DNA from: Octopus vulgaris
Taxonomy: Eukaryota
Assembly (NCBI GenBank): GCA_951406725.2
Contig: OX597814.1
Span: 215,574,001-215,638,000, forward strand
DNA: 64,000 nucleotides
Reading direction: 5' to 3'
Positions 26,593 to 40,905 of this stretch are shown one piece after another. The translations under genes and the position numbers were made by a program. The notes below the pieces were generated by a model. The model saw only the letters and a program-made list of their open reading frames with translations, searched no databases and was not told where the DNA came from. Numbering within the stretch: the stretch's first letter is position 1; the number at the start of each line of letters is the position of its first letter.

Positions 26593-29500
26593 GTGTGTGT
26601 GTGTGTTTGTATGCGCGCGTGTGTGTGTGTGTGTGTAGAGAGAGAGAGATAGACTATTCTATGGCCTATGTATTGCTTATAACGTAAGACATTGCAAAAC
26701 ATTTTTTCCAATTCTTAGAATTTTTATTATGCATCTTTATTAAGCATCCGGATTCTTCAGAACAGATAACTTATACTAATATTCTAGCTTGTTCAGTATG
26801 GGTCAATTTATTATATTTTGTGTTTTCCATATCGATCTTCTTTTAGTAAAAGAATTAAAAATTTTCTATGGTGAAAAGTCTTCACAAATGTCTTAATATC
26901 CTAAATAAATCACTATTGAAAAGATATGCAATTTTGATGGAAATGAAAGAATTGCGATGGAGAGTATAAGTGTATCAAAAACAAGATAGTTTCATTTGAA
27001 AAATAACTATTATATTATCAGTGTGTTGTCGATTATTTGCAGATTGAGATCAAAGCGTGTAAATCATTGTCGACTTCTATATATCTCACCTAAACTCTAC
27101 AATCTCAATGTAAGAAACAATTGGATCTGTAATAATATGTTTACAAACATGATTTGACAAGTGCTGTCTTTCTCTACAGAATTCCTGTCTTCGGTCAAAA
27201 ATCCATAAAATCATTATATGTGTAATTATGAGTTTAAACCTGAAATGCTACAAAAACCGTGACTGTAGTATATCAACTAATTTTATTGCACCTATCGACA
27301 CTGTCATACTGAAAAAATTGCCATGGCGTTTTATTGACATTTATTGTGTAAAAGAAATGTTATAATCTTGAAAAGGAATTTCCAAAAGCAGTAAGCATTA
27401 ATTTTTAAGGCATCCTATGCAATAAATCAAAGTCTATTGATATAATTAACATATAACACCGAGAGCTGATATTGTACTTATTCGTCTTTATTTAGATTCA
27501 CTATTTCGTGTCCAACGTAAAATCAATATGAATGAATGTGATATGGGCAAACTTTTGTTTTTGAACAACAGTCTTTTGGTTGTATTATTGCTTATTCATT
27601 AAAAACTTATAGCGGTTTTAATTACAGTACTATATTATTAATTTCTAAGGAGATATTTCACCGATTTTCCGGTGTGTATTCAGAGCTAACCTAAACTTTG
27701 TCTTTGTTGCTTTATAAGCTATGTGTTATGGTTGGTGCAGTCGGTCTATGAAATAAAGCAACCTTTCATGACATATTCAATACTTAACGGTAATCCTCAG
27801 AATATAGAAGAAGACAAGCATGGACATATATCACTTCTGTATTTTCTTTATTAGACTAGTCGGGATATGGGCTTGCGATCATGGCGCCATGTTAATAATG
27901 TGTTTCACGTTACTCTGGAATAATTACAATGTTACATTATTTAGCACGAAATGCTAATAACTCATTACTGTAATACATATCACAGATTTTTATGTCATTT
28001 TAGTTAAGTGCGTATATAAATGTCTGGAATTTTAGACAACAACCTTTATGAGAAATTAGAAACTCCAAATATAAACGATGATTTCTAAAATTGATGCAAG
28101 GTTCAATATTTAGAGGAGCAGCCACAGTCCATTGAAATGAACCTCAGTAATTGAAGGTACTGATTTTATTTATCTCGGAAGGATAAAGCTAAAGGAAATG
28201 CCGATCTTAACAGGATTTAAATTTGGAACATAGATGAATATGAATAAACACAGCAAAGCAATCCACAGGTTCTGTAACTCCATCTCCCAATCAAACTTAG
28301 AAGGAACATCTACATGGATTGCATTTGACCTGTGAAAAATAGTAGCCATATTCCCTTTCACATCACATTTTACTATATTATAAGAAAGGTCACATTAGGT
28401 ACTGTAATCATGGATACATTGTCAGGAAATAAGCTGTGATGGTCATAATTGAAAGATTTTTGTCATAGGTCTACTTAATCAGAGCAGACCTAGGGTTAAA
28501 CTCCAATAAAACCTAATACATAAATATAATTTTATCATTATGTTGTTAATTCTAGAAGTATATCTGTCGAGCATTAAAATAAGAAATTATCATTGAATAG
28601 AAAACTCAAATTATATTTGTCTGATAAATATTTATACAGTACGTTAAATCAGAATCGATGTTTCTTTTTTTAATGAGTAACTGTTTATTATACCCAGAGG
28701 TGTCTAGAGAAAGTTATAGCAATGCTTATCTTCATATTTTTTCCAACTATATCAATATTTATTCGTCCAACTCATGTATAGCATTATAACATAACCATAT
28801 CAAGATAATTGTTGGTGGCTAAGGACATAGGGCAGTAAGAAATATCCCACTGAGCTGAGAAATCCCACAAACAATTTTCATTACTCTGTTGTGTCTGGGG
28901 AGAGTCATTTTTGTGCCTTATAATGTAACACACTCGCCAGTAAAATTTCCACTTATAATGTAGCACACTCACCTGTAAAATTTCCACTTATTTCTTATTT
29001 TTATTTTCCTAAAACTTTCGTTGCGTCTTGCAACCTTTTCAATAGTCTTGACTCTCAAGACTATTGAAAAGGTTACATTATAAATCACAAAAAGAAAATG
29101 ACTCTCCCCAGACACAACAGAATATGCTTCAACACACGAACTCATATAAAGAATCTTGCAAACCAAATCCAAAAGCGAAAGTTTCATTACCTTTTTTAGT
29201 ATTATCTTATATACAAGAATATTGAAGAAAGTAAATGCATGCATACATTTAAGGAGCAGTCAGAATTGCGTTGCTGTGAAGTTGTTTCTTTGCAGCCATG
29301 TGAGTCTGAGTTCGATTTCTCTACGTGGTGACGTGAGAAAATATATTCAACCGTAATCTTGAGTTAGCTCACTTTTTGATATCTTCGGGGTTATTTTTGC
29401 AGAAGGAAACTGCACAAAAGCTTGTCATGTATATGTGTATGCATGCATGCATACATATATACATATATGCTTATTTAGATGTGTATGTATATGTATATAT

Positions 29501-30223
29501 GCATGCACACATACATGCACACATGCATATTTTGATAGATGTTGTAATCAGACAAGAAAGCAGGTAAGCCGATGCTTTCGAACGAAAATCACCTGCCTTT
29601 GATAATTGTTCTACTCAAGTTGCACAGAACATCTCTTGTCAATCTTGCCATCGTAAATGTCATGAACCAGCAATTTGCCCGCTGGAAATCTCTAACCAAC
29701 GACGTTATTGTTCACAAAATGTGATATAAATAAAATTGATATCTCGCTTAGCTAAGCTTGCAGCGTAATTTGGATTCTCAACTGAAGCCATTTTTCTGCG
29801 AGTGAAGCGAATGCTCTTGAAGAAGACATTCAAACAATTATCCTTCGCGTAGGAATATTTGCCTTAAACACGCAAACATGCTTATATCAATTCATAAAAT
29901 GTATACGAATTGCTCTTTAAGAAAGGCTATATCACAAGGTCACCTATCTTTAAGGCTGGAAGATCATTCCTAGTTCAAAACAATTAATGGCATAAAGTAA
30001 AGGAAATGAATTATCTTTAATATGTATCGTGCCAAAATGTTGTCTATCTTCATCGAAAGCTCAGCATTTATTCATTGTTCATTGATGTAATATAGATTTT
30101 GGGCTGTCTTACGTTTACTCTTTTATAATTCTTATATAATTTTTGCATGATTCAGTCATTGAACTGCGGCTATCCGCCAAGGCTTGATCTTAAAGGGTTT
30201 TAGGTTTTAGTCAATCATATCAG

Positions 30224-30277
<54 letters not shown>

Positions 30278-30403
30278 TATTTATATTATATAGAGGGCAT
30301 TACTATACATAAATGCCACACGCTAGGAGGAACTCTTATAGTCAAAACTACCAAAATAAATAATCACATCGTACCGAAAGTGAGGGAATTCTGAACAACA
30401 ACA

Positions 30404-30473
<70 letters not shown>

Positions 30474-30642
30474 TTGCTACTGCTGCTGCTGCCACTACTA
30501 CTATTGTTGTTGCTATTGTTGCTACTATGTGAATTTAATTTGAGGTGTATTCTCTTTGTTAATCCCATATCAAAACAATATCCAATATGTATATAATATA
30601 TATATATCTATCTATCCATATCTATATATTTTTTCTTTTCAG

Positions 30643-30791
30643 GACGTCTTTCACGGAGAAGTTCGCCTCATACTATGGCAATATACGTGGACTTCTACTG
30701 GGAAGCAACTTGATTGGTCGTCGTTCAGCCTGCAATGAGAATTTGTTCTCTGAAGAAGCTCAGCTAACAGCTTTCAAGAAGGAGAAAGAAG
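30643..30791 (+). CDS. Probable upstream coding exon of the transglutaminase gene
   Basis: Strong acceptor ttttttcttttcAG and donor AAG|GTAATT. Open frame TSFTEKFASYYGNIRGLLLGSNLIGRRSACNENLFSEEAQLTAFKKEKE ends in phase 1 and joins the 59280 exon in frame (...KKEKE-E-GQLRPRS...). Confidence 0.65.
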
Positions 30792-31119
30792 GTAATTATA
30801 TTATTTTCGTGTTACCCCCATGGCCCCGTCCTTATAATGTGTTTTGTATTACTCTTGAATAATCACGATGCTCTTATGTATTTGCCAATAATTTATACAT
30901 TTAGCGTATGTTAAAAACATTTCCAACACTAATCTAACTTGATGCAGTTTGTGCAAATGTTTTTTTTAATGCGTTGTATGCTACAAGAGCAGACATCAAA
31001 AACAGAATTCGGAAGGCGGGATGGATAAACATTTAGAAAGCATCTATGAGAGAACATTATTGGCATGTGTTCGTCACAGTTTTCTTTGAATCCAGTGCTC
31101 GTTACACACAACGTTGGTG

Positions 31120-31488
31120 GCACTCCGTCGGTTACGGCGACGAGGGTTCCAGTTGATCCGATCAATGGAACATCCTGCTCGTGAAATTAACGTGCATGTT
31201 GTTGAGCACTCCACAGACACGTGTACCCTTAACGTAGTTCCCGGTGAGATTCAGCGTGACACAGAGTGTGACAAGGCTGGCCCTTTGAAACACAGGCAGA
31301 AACAGTGAGAAAAAGTTGTGGTGAAGGAGTACAGCAGGGCTCGCCACCACCCCCTGCCGGATCCTCGTGGTGATTTAGGTGTTTTCACTTTATAAACACT
31401 CACAACGCCCGGTCTGGGAATCGAAACCGCGATCTTATGACTGCGAGTTCGCTGCCCTAACCCCTAACCACTAGGCCATTGGGCCTCC
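31120..31488 (-). mobile_element. tRNA-derived SINE, family C
   Basis: Collinear with 22537-22906 and 40299-40656. Confidence 0.92.
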
Positions 31489-31748
31489 ATACTCAACATA
31501 TACATACATACATACATACATACATACATACATACATTTATACACACACACACATATATATATATATTATATATATATAATGTGTGTGTGTGTGTGTATG
31601 CGTAATTCAGCAGTGCAGTGGTGTTAGGTCTGAAAAGTATCTATGTTCTCTTAGCTACGTACAGCTTACAATTTTTTTACCGTTGACATATGGTGTGGAC
31701 GTTTCAACTGCTTTTCGTTTTATTGTATGTGTTGTGGAGATGTATATA

Positions 31749-32137
31749 GGCGCAGATGTGGCTGTGTAGTAAGAAGTTTGCTCCTCAACCACATGGTTCC
31801 GGGTTCCGTGCTACTGCGTGGCACCTTGGGCTAGTGTCTTCTAATATATCTCCGGGCCGACTACAGTCTTGTGAGTGGATTATGTAGACGGAAACTGAAA
31901 GAAGCCCGTCGTGTAAATATATGCATATGTCTGTGTGTTTGTGTTTGTCCCACCATCATTTTTTGACAACCGGTGCTGGTGTGTTTACTTCCTCTTAGGT
32001 ACTAAGCTTATAAAATGTACTAGGCTTATAAAAAATAAGTTCTGGGGTCGATTTGTTCGACTAAAAACCCTTCAAGGTGTTGCTCCAGCATGGCCGTTGT
32101 CAAATGACTTTAACAAGAAAAAGAATAAAAGAATGAA
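31749..32137 (+). mobile_element. tRNA-derived SINE, family B (diverged)
   Basis: Collinear with 24196-24615. Confidence 0.88.
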
Positions 32138-32394
32138 TAAATATATATATATATATATTTACACGCACACTTATCAATGTGTATATATATCTGTGTGTGT
32201 CTCTGTGTTTATGTACGTATGTATGTGTGTATATATACACGTATGTCAGTGTGTATGTATACATTAGCATGTGCATACATACACTCAAAAGTTGCAGTCT
32301 GTGCACATAAGACGGAGAGAGTTTCCAATAACTCATACTTTACAGTGTTCATACCTAAAGTGAAAGGACTGCCTAAAATGAAAGACACAGAATT

Positions 32395-32498
32395 AGACAG
32401 ACAGGCAATTAGACAGATAGACAGGCAGATAGATAGGTAGGAAGGCATACATACAGACAAGCAGACAGACAGACAGCCAAGCAAGTAGATAGACAGAC

Positions 32499-32590
<92 letters not shown>

Positions 32591-32591
32591 T

Positions 32592-32650
<59 letters not shown>

Positions 32651-32651
32651 T

Positions 32652-32746
<95 letters not shown>
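32395..32746. repeat. (GATA)n/(GACA)n microsatellite
   Basis: Directly visible. Confidence 0.95.
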
Positions 32747-33058
32747 GAACCATTATATTCATGTTACAGTTAATTTTCTGAATACCCGATACCAACTGGT
32801 TTAGTTGAGATGAAATTTCGATCCGGAATGAAAGCCAAATAATAATTCTTTCAAATGAATAAATCTTTATTTACTGACGCCATTACGTCTTGATAGAATA
32901 TTGCTCATTAACTGATGTATTTGTTCATTATAACCACAATTGTACGTCTGTAAGCGTTCATGTGTACAGCGTAGAAATGTTATTCGTTTATGTGTAAACA
33001 TGTTTGAGTATAGAAGGTAGCGAATGTGCAGTTGTACATTAATTACTGTATGTGTGTA

Positions 33059-33106
<48 letters not shown>

Positions 33107-33733
33107 CATGTCTAACTTCTGCTAATGTTATTACCTAAGAGATTAGACCGCTCATTACTAACAGTAACCCTCGTTGCTACGTTAAATGACAAAGTACCTA
33201 ACACACCTAATAAAAGATGCCATTTGCATTTTTAAGCTATTTTAAATTTCAGAGTTGTCACCCTTACCACGTTTTACAAATATTGTCATTAGCCCTTATG
33301 AGTTTTCGTCTCATTATGAATACAATTTCAATTGGATACGATTTAATTTTGCCTAATTCTACTAAGCATGTTAGCCCGAACTTAATATGTTCATAAGAAG
33401 CCTTTTAGACATTTTTCAATCTCATTATGTTCGACTGCCTAATCAGTAAATTATCTTCACAAAAAAACTACATCTTTGAGTCATTCTATGATCTGGTAAA
33501 TGCATATTACACGTTACTTAGCTGAAGTTGCCTAATAGCATCAAAATGTGTAGAGTTGTCTACAAATTTAGAGCCATCCTCTCCACATTACATGCCTTTT
33601 TAATTTATGATCAACGTAAATCTTCATGTTTTCTACCTGGCTTTCCTTGACAAAATTTGCATTACAAGCACACACAGATGCATACATCCATATCACTATC
33701 ATATTTTAACTAACCTAGGAGCTAACATTTCGT

Positions 33734-33807
<74 letters not shown>

Positions 33808-33812
<5 letters not shown>

Positions 33813-34038
33813 CTTTACTACCCACAAGGGGCTAAACACAGAGGGGACAAACAAGAACAGACAAACGGATTAAGTCAATTATATCGACCCCAGCGCGTAA
33901 CTGGTACTTAATTTATCGACCCCGAAAGGATGAAAGGCAAAGTCGACCTCGGCGGAATTTGAACCCAGAACGTAACGACAGACGAAATACGGCTACGCAT
34001 TTCGCCCGGCGTGCTAACGTTTCTGCCAGCTCGCCGCC
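33808..34038 (-). mobile_element. tRNA-derived SINE, family A
   Basis: Near-identical to 7206-7436. Confidence 0.93.
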
Positions 34039-35357
34039 TTATATATATAGTAAATAAAAAATAAACCAGGAACAAACACAAAAACACAACAACGCGAGGA
34101 CATGGTACATATACAGCATTAGCAGATGCTCAGGGAAGGAAAGAAAGGTGGTTTTTAGGTTTCGGGCTGTACATTCAGATATCCAAATCGTATTCAATGC
34201 GTTATCGAAAACTTAGTTCAACATAGTATTTATTTGGTCGTATGTATTTTTATTAAGGTAGTTCATATCGGTAGCAATTCCTACGCGATTATAAAGTCGT
34301 AATCTGACAATTTCAGAGAGATCTGACGAATAATAGGATTTTTACGTCAAATTTTAGACGACGGGGTTAAATTTCAGTACGTTTGACACCCCTTTGATTG
34401 GTTTCACGTAGAGAAAAATTAACCTATAATAAAGATTAATAGAGGGCATCAATCATGGTAATTGAAGAAAATGTCCGAATCTAACAAGCTAATGAACACG
34501 TCATTAAGATTAAGCTTTCTGAGTCACTGAAGAAAAAGTTATAGTATTTGATGAAGGGAGAGCTGAGATGCTTTTTAAAGGCAATCACAAACACAAAAAA
34601 CAAAGCAAAAACAAAACAAAAAAAACGTAAAATGGAGACTGTTAGCAAAGCTGTGTGGGAAACAATTTATCATTTACTACTTTGCGGGCAATGTTTGCCA
34701 TTAAAAAGCACCTGAAAAGGACCAACCAGTGTAGGATGGGTTTTAAAATGGAATCACTTTAGATGAAATCAAATGACAGGTTGAAATCGGAATATGTGCT
34801 AGTGTGCCGTGATGAGGTTGCAGTTGGTGTTATATGGTTATATGGGACATGTGTTTCTGCAGTCTACCCATGTATTGTGACGTATCTGGTTGTGATTCTG
34901 ATTTGGACAGTTAGGTTCAACCATTTGTCCTGATAACATGAGAAGTGCTAGACAGCCTCCGTAGTATGGCACTGCTACAATATGTACAACACTTCTACTA
35001 GGTACTCTCAGTTATCTCCTTCGAAGGGTGGGGTTGCTTATATTGATACTAATAAACTCGTATAACTTAGTGGTGTCTGGCTGGACTTAAGTGCAATTTT
35101 GACTTGGCGACGGAAATGTTCCACCATACTGTTTGTTGGTAGATTATAAGCGGTAATACGAATTCGAATGCGAACTGAGTCTCTATGAGTTGTGATGGCC
35201 GCTGGTGTACTATAACCGGAAGTCCACCGGTCAATTTACAAACCTCTTAGCAAGTATCTCAGCTGTTGTGTCGGTTGGATAAATAAGCTCCTAGCTATCT
35301 GCTATTTCCGTCGATACTTGAAATCAAATTGAGACAACACTATGACACTTCTCCACA

Positions 35358-35422
<65 letters not shown>

Positions 35423-35630
35423 TTTTATATCACATTATACACTTATCTGCACGTATGTCTGTATTATATTCAAGACAGGAGTTTATAATTCTTTATTACT
35501 CATCTATGTCTTACTTCGAATAATAACGTTTCTTAATTTATTAATGTTTCAATATTGTCTCCTGCCCGAAATCTGAGTCCTTGTGCCTTTAGTAAAAAGG
35601 ATTGTTATTATTACTATCATTATTATTATT

Positions 35631-35977
35631 CAGTAGTATATTTTTTTATATTTTTTATATCGTGCTTTCACTTCACTACCGAGCGCAGCTCTGTGTGCCT
35701 TGGGTATGTGCTGTGATTTGTTGTGATGCTCCGATGGTTATTGTATGGAAAGTGTTCTGCGTAGGATGTGTGTAGTGCGTAGTAGTGCAATTTTCTGTAT
35801 GTTATATGTGTTTGTAAGTCCTGGTATTTTTGTTATGTATTTGTCTGAATATTTTTTTATCATGCCTAATGCACCTATTATGATAGGAATTGTTTCTGTT
35901 TTTAGATTCCACATTCTGGTTACCTCTATTTCCAGGTCTTTGTATTTTGAAAGTTTCTCCATTTCTTTTAGAGACAC

Positions 35978-35978
<1 letters not shown>
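35631..35978 (-). mobile_element. 5'-truncated Dong/R4-like non-LTR retrotransposon 3' end
   Basis: ORF end SLKEMEKLSKYKDLEIEVTRMWNLKTETIPIIIGALG...HILRRTLSIQ* is typical of the C-terminal restriction-like endonuclease region. Short 3' UTR; (TAA)n on both sides. Confidence 0.85.
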
Positions 35979-36055
<77 letters not shown>

Positions 36056-36530
36056 GAGTGAGAGAGCAGTTCATGCCATCAAAGTGACACTGGGGTAAAA
36101 TATATGAAGCCCAATATACCCATCATGACTACCCGTCTGATAAGGGTACACCAGGCACATGCATCACAACCATATGTGCGCGACATGGTGATCTCATAAA
36201 AAGATAAACAGCACATGACCTTGCAGGTGGTGATGCTGCCAGTTAGAATTTTCTTCTGGTTGAGTAGCCCATCCCACTCAAAAGGTCCCTGAATAAGAGT
36301 TGTTTAAGGATGTTGAAAGAACCACCCATGTTTCCAGAGGTGAATTATTCAAACCCCAAAGAATCCTTCTCAACACATGGCTATGATGCTCCCCCACTAC
36401 TTCTGCTCGTGATCAGAGATGCACATATCGTCAGCCACTAAGGGACATGCTCAACTGGTTAAAGTCAAACAACTGACAAGCAAATCTGTGGTATTGAGCA
36501 GAATATTTGCTGTAGCCCATCTTTTATACC
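36056..36530 (-). mobile_element. (TAA)n-inserted ~557-bp non-coding retro-element, copy 1 (truncated)
   Basis: Near-identical to 36909-37380; flanked by (TTA)n. Confidence 0.8.
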
Positions 36531-36556
36531 AATTATTATTATTATTATTATTATTA

Positions 36557-36621
<65 letters not shown>

Positions 36622-36624
<3 letters not shown>

Positions 36625-36800
36625 AGTGCTGAACTGGCAGAATCGTTAGTCCGTCTTTGCGTTCTGAGTTCAAGTGCCACTGAGGTCGACTTTCCTTTCA
36701 TCCTTTCGGGATCGATAAGTACCAGTTGAATACTGGAGTCGATGTAATCGACTTATCCCCTACATCGAACCTACTGACCCTGTTCCAAAATTTGAAATCA
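36622..36800 (+). mobile_element. SINE family A variant (internally deleted)
   Basis: ctggcagaatcgttag...gagttcaag...gtcgactttcctttcatcctttcggg...aaaatttgaaa. Confidence 0.8.
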
Positions 36801-36874
36801 TTTAGACTATACTGGGAAAAGCCGTTATAAAATAAATTATTATTACTATTATTATAATTAAGGTGATGCGCTGG

Positions 36875-36908
<34 letters not shown>

Positions 36909-37463
36909 GAGTGAGAGACCAGTTCATGCCATCAAAGTGACACTGGGGGTAAAATATACGAAGCCCAATATACCCATCATGACTACCTGTCTGATAAAGG
37001 TACACCAGGCACATGCATCACAACCATATGTGCGCGACATGGTGATCTCATATCAAGATAAACAGCACATGACCTTGCAGGTGGGGCCCAGTTAGAATTT
37101 TCTTCAGGTTGAGTAGCCCATCCCACTCAAACGGTCCCTGAATAAGGGTTGTTTAAGGATGTTGAAAAAACCACCCATGTTTCCAGAGGTGAATTATTCA
37201 AACCCCAAAGAATCCCTCTCAACACATGGCTATGATGCTCCCCCACTACTTCTGCTCGTGATCAGAGATGCACATATCGTCAGCCACTAAGGGACATGCT
37301 CAACTGGTTAAGGTCAAACAACTGACAAGCAAATCTGTGGTATTGAGCAGAATATTTGCTGTAGCCCATCTTTTATACCAAGACAAAACAATGTACATGA
37401 TAACACTTCCAATCAGTTAAGATCAGAAGCCATGAGAGCCACTGCCTGGTACTGCATCAGGGC

Positions 37464-37465
<2 letters not shown>
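36909..37465 (-). mobile_element. (TAA)n-inserted ~557-bp non-coding retro-element, copy 2 (longest)
   Basis: (TTA)n on both sides; the minus-strand 3' end ...tctctcactc(aat)n is shared by all three copies. Confidence 0.82.
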
Positions 37466-37530
<65 letters not shown>

Positions 37531-37946
37531 GAGTGAGAGAGCAGTGCATGCCATCAATGTGAACTGGGGTAAAATATACGAAGCCCAGTATACCCATCAT
37601 GACAACCCGTCTGATAAGGGTACATCAGGCACATGCATCACAACCATATGTGCGCGACATGATGATCTCATATCAAGATAAACAGCGCATGATCTTGAGG
37701 TGGGGCCAAGTTAGAATTTTCTTCTGGTCGAGTAACCCATCCCGCTCAAAAGTTCCCCGAATAAAGATTTTTAGGTGTGTTGAACAAACCACCCATGTTT
37801 CCAAAGGTGAATTATCCAAACCTCTAAGAATTCCTTTCAACACATGCTCCCCAACTACTTCTGCTCATGATCAGAAATGCACATATCGTCAGCCACTAAG
37901 GGACATGCTCAACTGATTAAGGTCAAACAACTGACAAGCAAATCTG
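37531..37946 (-). mobile_element. (TAA)n-inserted element, copy 3 (truncated, more diverged)
   Basis: Collinear with copies 1 and 2. Confidence 0.8.
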
Positions 37947-38084
37947 AAAGAATCGTTAGTACGCTGGACGAAATACTTAGCGGTATTTCACCCGTCGCGG
38001 TGTCAATATAATCGACTCCTACCCAGCTCTCCCAAGCTGCCCTTGAATCAAAAATTTGAAATAATAATAATATTGATAATAATA

Positions 38085-38124
<40 letters not shown>

Positions 38125-38159
38125 CGATGATGATGATGATCTTAATAATAATAATAATA

Positions 38160-38194
<35 letters not shown>

Positions 38195-39186
38195 CTATAG
38201 TGGGTGATATGGAAGGTGCGAAAATTTATTAACTTCATTAATCTCATTAACTTCATTAACTGAATAAGTTTGCGGCTGCATCTTGGATATCTAAGGGCTA
38301 CAATGTCTGTAGTCTCTGGTAATCTCCTGCTCTTGGATTGCAAACGTGTGTATGTGCAGATAGTTGTATCTATATATTGCATAATCCCATGGCGCTTAAA
38401 TATTAATCTACCTACATATACAAACATAAATACCTTATAATACATCCCTGATTATGTACGCAAAAGCTTAAGTTAATCAGCACATGTTTAGTTTTGCTAC
38501 GATTCGTTTACATTTCCATGGCCTCTTGTATACTCAACCAAATCTGCATCCTGTTTGTATTCATTGTGCAATATTGCAGATAAATGCCTTCATTTAGTGT
38601 ATATTGGGAAAAGCCTTTATCGAATTAATCAACGTTAATGATCACATAACTTTGAAATAATCTTCTAGTAACCCGCATTATATATTTCATCCTAATCATC
38701 TACGACTTAATTATATTTCCTGATGGCGAAAATATAACAGAAATATAGAGGAAGGAAGAGCAAATCAAATTCAACGGGAGAATTTATTCAATGTGGAAAC
38801 ATCAAGGTTAATTAATTGCAAATCTTCAAGATGATGTTACCTTTATGTTTATGCATAGGTATTGGCATAAATAGGTGAATGAAAATACATGGATTTTTCT
38901 TCTCTTGTGTTATCGTTTCGGGAGTGAAAGTGTGTGTTAGCGATTGCAAGTGTTGTGTTATTTGTGGCTGCTACAGATGGATAATAGATAATATTTATGT
39001 AACGGCAATATACTCTAGTTTGTGTGTCAGTTCCCCTATCCACGGAACCCACAATCATTTGGATTCTACTGTATCAGGATTGCTCATTTAACACTATAGA
39101 TAAAACAGATTCAAATTAACCCCAGCTCTTTATACAAATTTACTGGGGTAGTGGGTTGCCAGACACATGTGTTTGTGTGTGTGTGC

Positions 39187-39230
<44 letters not shown>

Positions 39231-39288
39231 TTGTATGCACCTGGGTGCGTATGTTACCTATTTGATGTTCTAATATGATGTTATTAGT

Positions 39289-39666
39289 GGAGGCGCAATG
39301 GCCCAGTGGTTAGGGCAGCGGACTCGAAGTCGTAGGATCGCGGTTTCGATTCCCAGACCGGGCGTTGTGAGTGTTTATTGAGCGAAAACACCTAAAGCTC
39401 CACGAGGCTCTAGCAGGGGATGGTGGTGATCCCTGCTGTACTCTTTCACCACAACTTTCTCTCACTCTTACTTCCTGTCTCTGTTGTACCTGTATTTCAA
39501 AGGGCCGGCCTTGTCACTCTCTGTGTCACGCTGAATATCCCTGAGAACTACGTTAAGGGTACATGTGTCTGTGGAGTGCTCAGCCACTTACACGTTAATT
39601 CCACGAGCAGGCTGTTCCGTTGATCGGATCAGCCGGAACCCTCGACGTCGTAACCGACAGAGTGCT
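39289..39666 (+). mobile_element. tRNA-derived SINE, family C, full length with TSD
   Basis: tggcccagtggttagg A box and ggtttcgattccc B box; 11-bp direct repeat atgatgttatt at 39275-85 and 39670-80. Confidence 0.95.
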
Positions 39667-40298
39667 TCCATGATGTTATTGTTAGGTGTAACTGGATCTT
39701 TTGTCGGTCAGAATAATCTGTTGCTGTAATGAGGCATACTGAACGCATTGGATGCGGTAGTGATGTAGTAAAAGCACAACTCATAGACTTCAAAACTGAT
39801 ATGGTCTTCGGCACATTATCCATGCTTTTTAAAGCTGAGACTTTACTAAAAAAGGTGACTAAGACCCGAGTCTGTAACAAAGGATGTAAATGTCGATTTC
39901 AATGATTAAACATTACGAGGTGTTGTGTGTGTGTGTGTGTATTTGTTTTTGTATTAGAAAATATGAGCTCAATCTGAACGACTAATGTATTTTTGCTGGC
40001 AGTAGAGAAAAATCGCCGAGAATATTTAACACCACAAATTACTGGTAGCACATTCTTTCTTCTTCATGTTTCTGCAGTTTAGTGTCTAATGAAAGACAAA
40101 GAAGGACACTTTAAAGAAGAGTAGACGTTTTCTGCTGAAAGACCTGTACGTATGCAGATGTCGGTTGTGTGAGTGCGTTTATAGTAGTTAAGTGTTCTGT
40201 ATAAATCGTAGCTTCGCATAAAACAGCAGCCTTCTGCTTTTCATTTCGTCGTGCTATAGCCTGGTCACTCAAATGAGTTAGATTCTTGGTGGATGGAA

Positions 40299-40656
40299 GC
40301 ACTCCGTCGGTTACGACGATGAGGGTTCCGGTTGATCCGAATCAACGGAACAGCCTGCTCGTGAAATTAACGTGTAAGTGGCTGAGCACTCCACAGACAC
40401 GTGCACCCTTAACGTAGTTCTCGGGGATATTCAGCGTGACACAGAGAGTGACAAGGCCGGCCCCTTGAAATACAGGTACAACAGAAACAGGAAGTAAGAG
40501 TGAGAGAAAGTTGTGGGGAAAGAGTACAACAGGGATCACCACCATCCCCTGCCGGAGCCTCGTGGAACTTTTTAGGTGTTTTCGCTCAATAAACACTCAC
40601 AACGCCTGGTCTGGGAATCGAAACCGCTGCCCTAACCACTGGGCCATTGCGCCTCC
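40299..40656 (-). mobile_element. tRNA-derived SINE, family C, with TSD
   Basis: Reverse complement of 39289-39666; 12-bp direct repeat agttagattctt at 40276-87 and 40659-70. Confidence 0.95.
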
Positions 40657-40851
40657 ACAGTTAGATTCTTAAGCAGTGCAGGAACCGTGATGTAACTTTG
40701 TCTAAGCCTTGCAAGACTTTAATGTTTAGACTTTAAGGAAGTAATTCTTATCACCTATTTTAGATGATAAATGGCGAGAGCTAAAAGTTTTTTACAAATA
40801 TCGGGTTTGTTTGATACTGCAATAATTGAGTTTCTAACTACACAGTGACAC

Positions 40852-40905
<54 letters not shown>

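Noticed and set aside
28915-28990. 35-bp tandem duplication
   Set aside because: Two copies only; ordinary local slippage.
39289-39362. tRNA gene
   Set aside because: The tRNA-like head runs straight into a SINE body with a TSD; the same holds for the other SINE heads.
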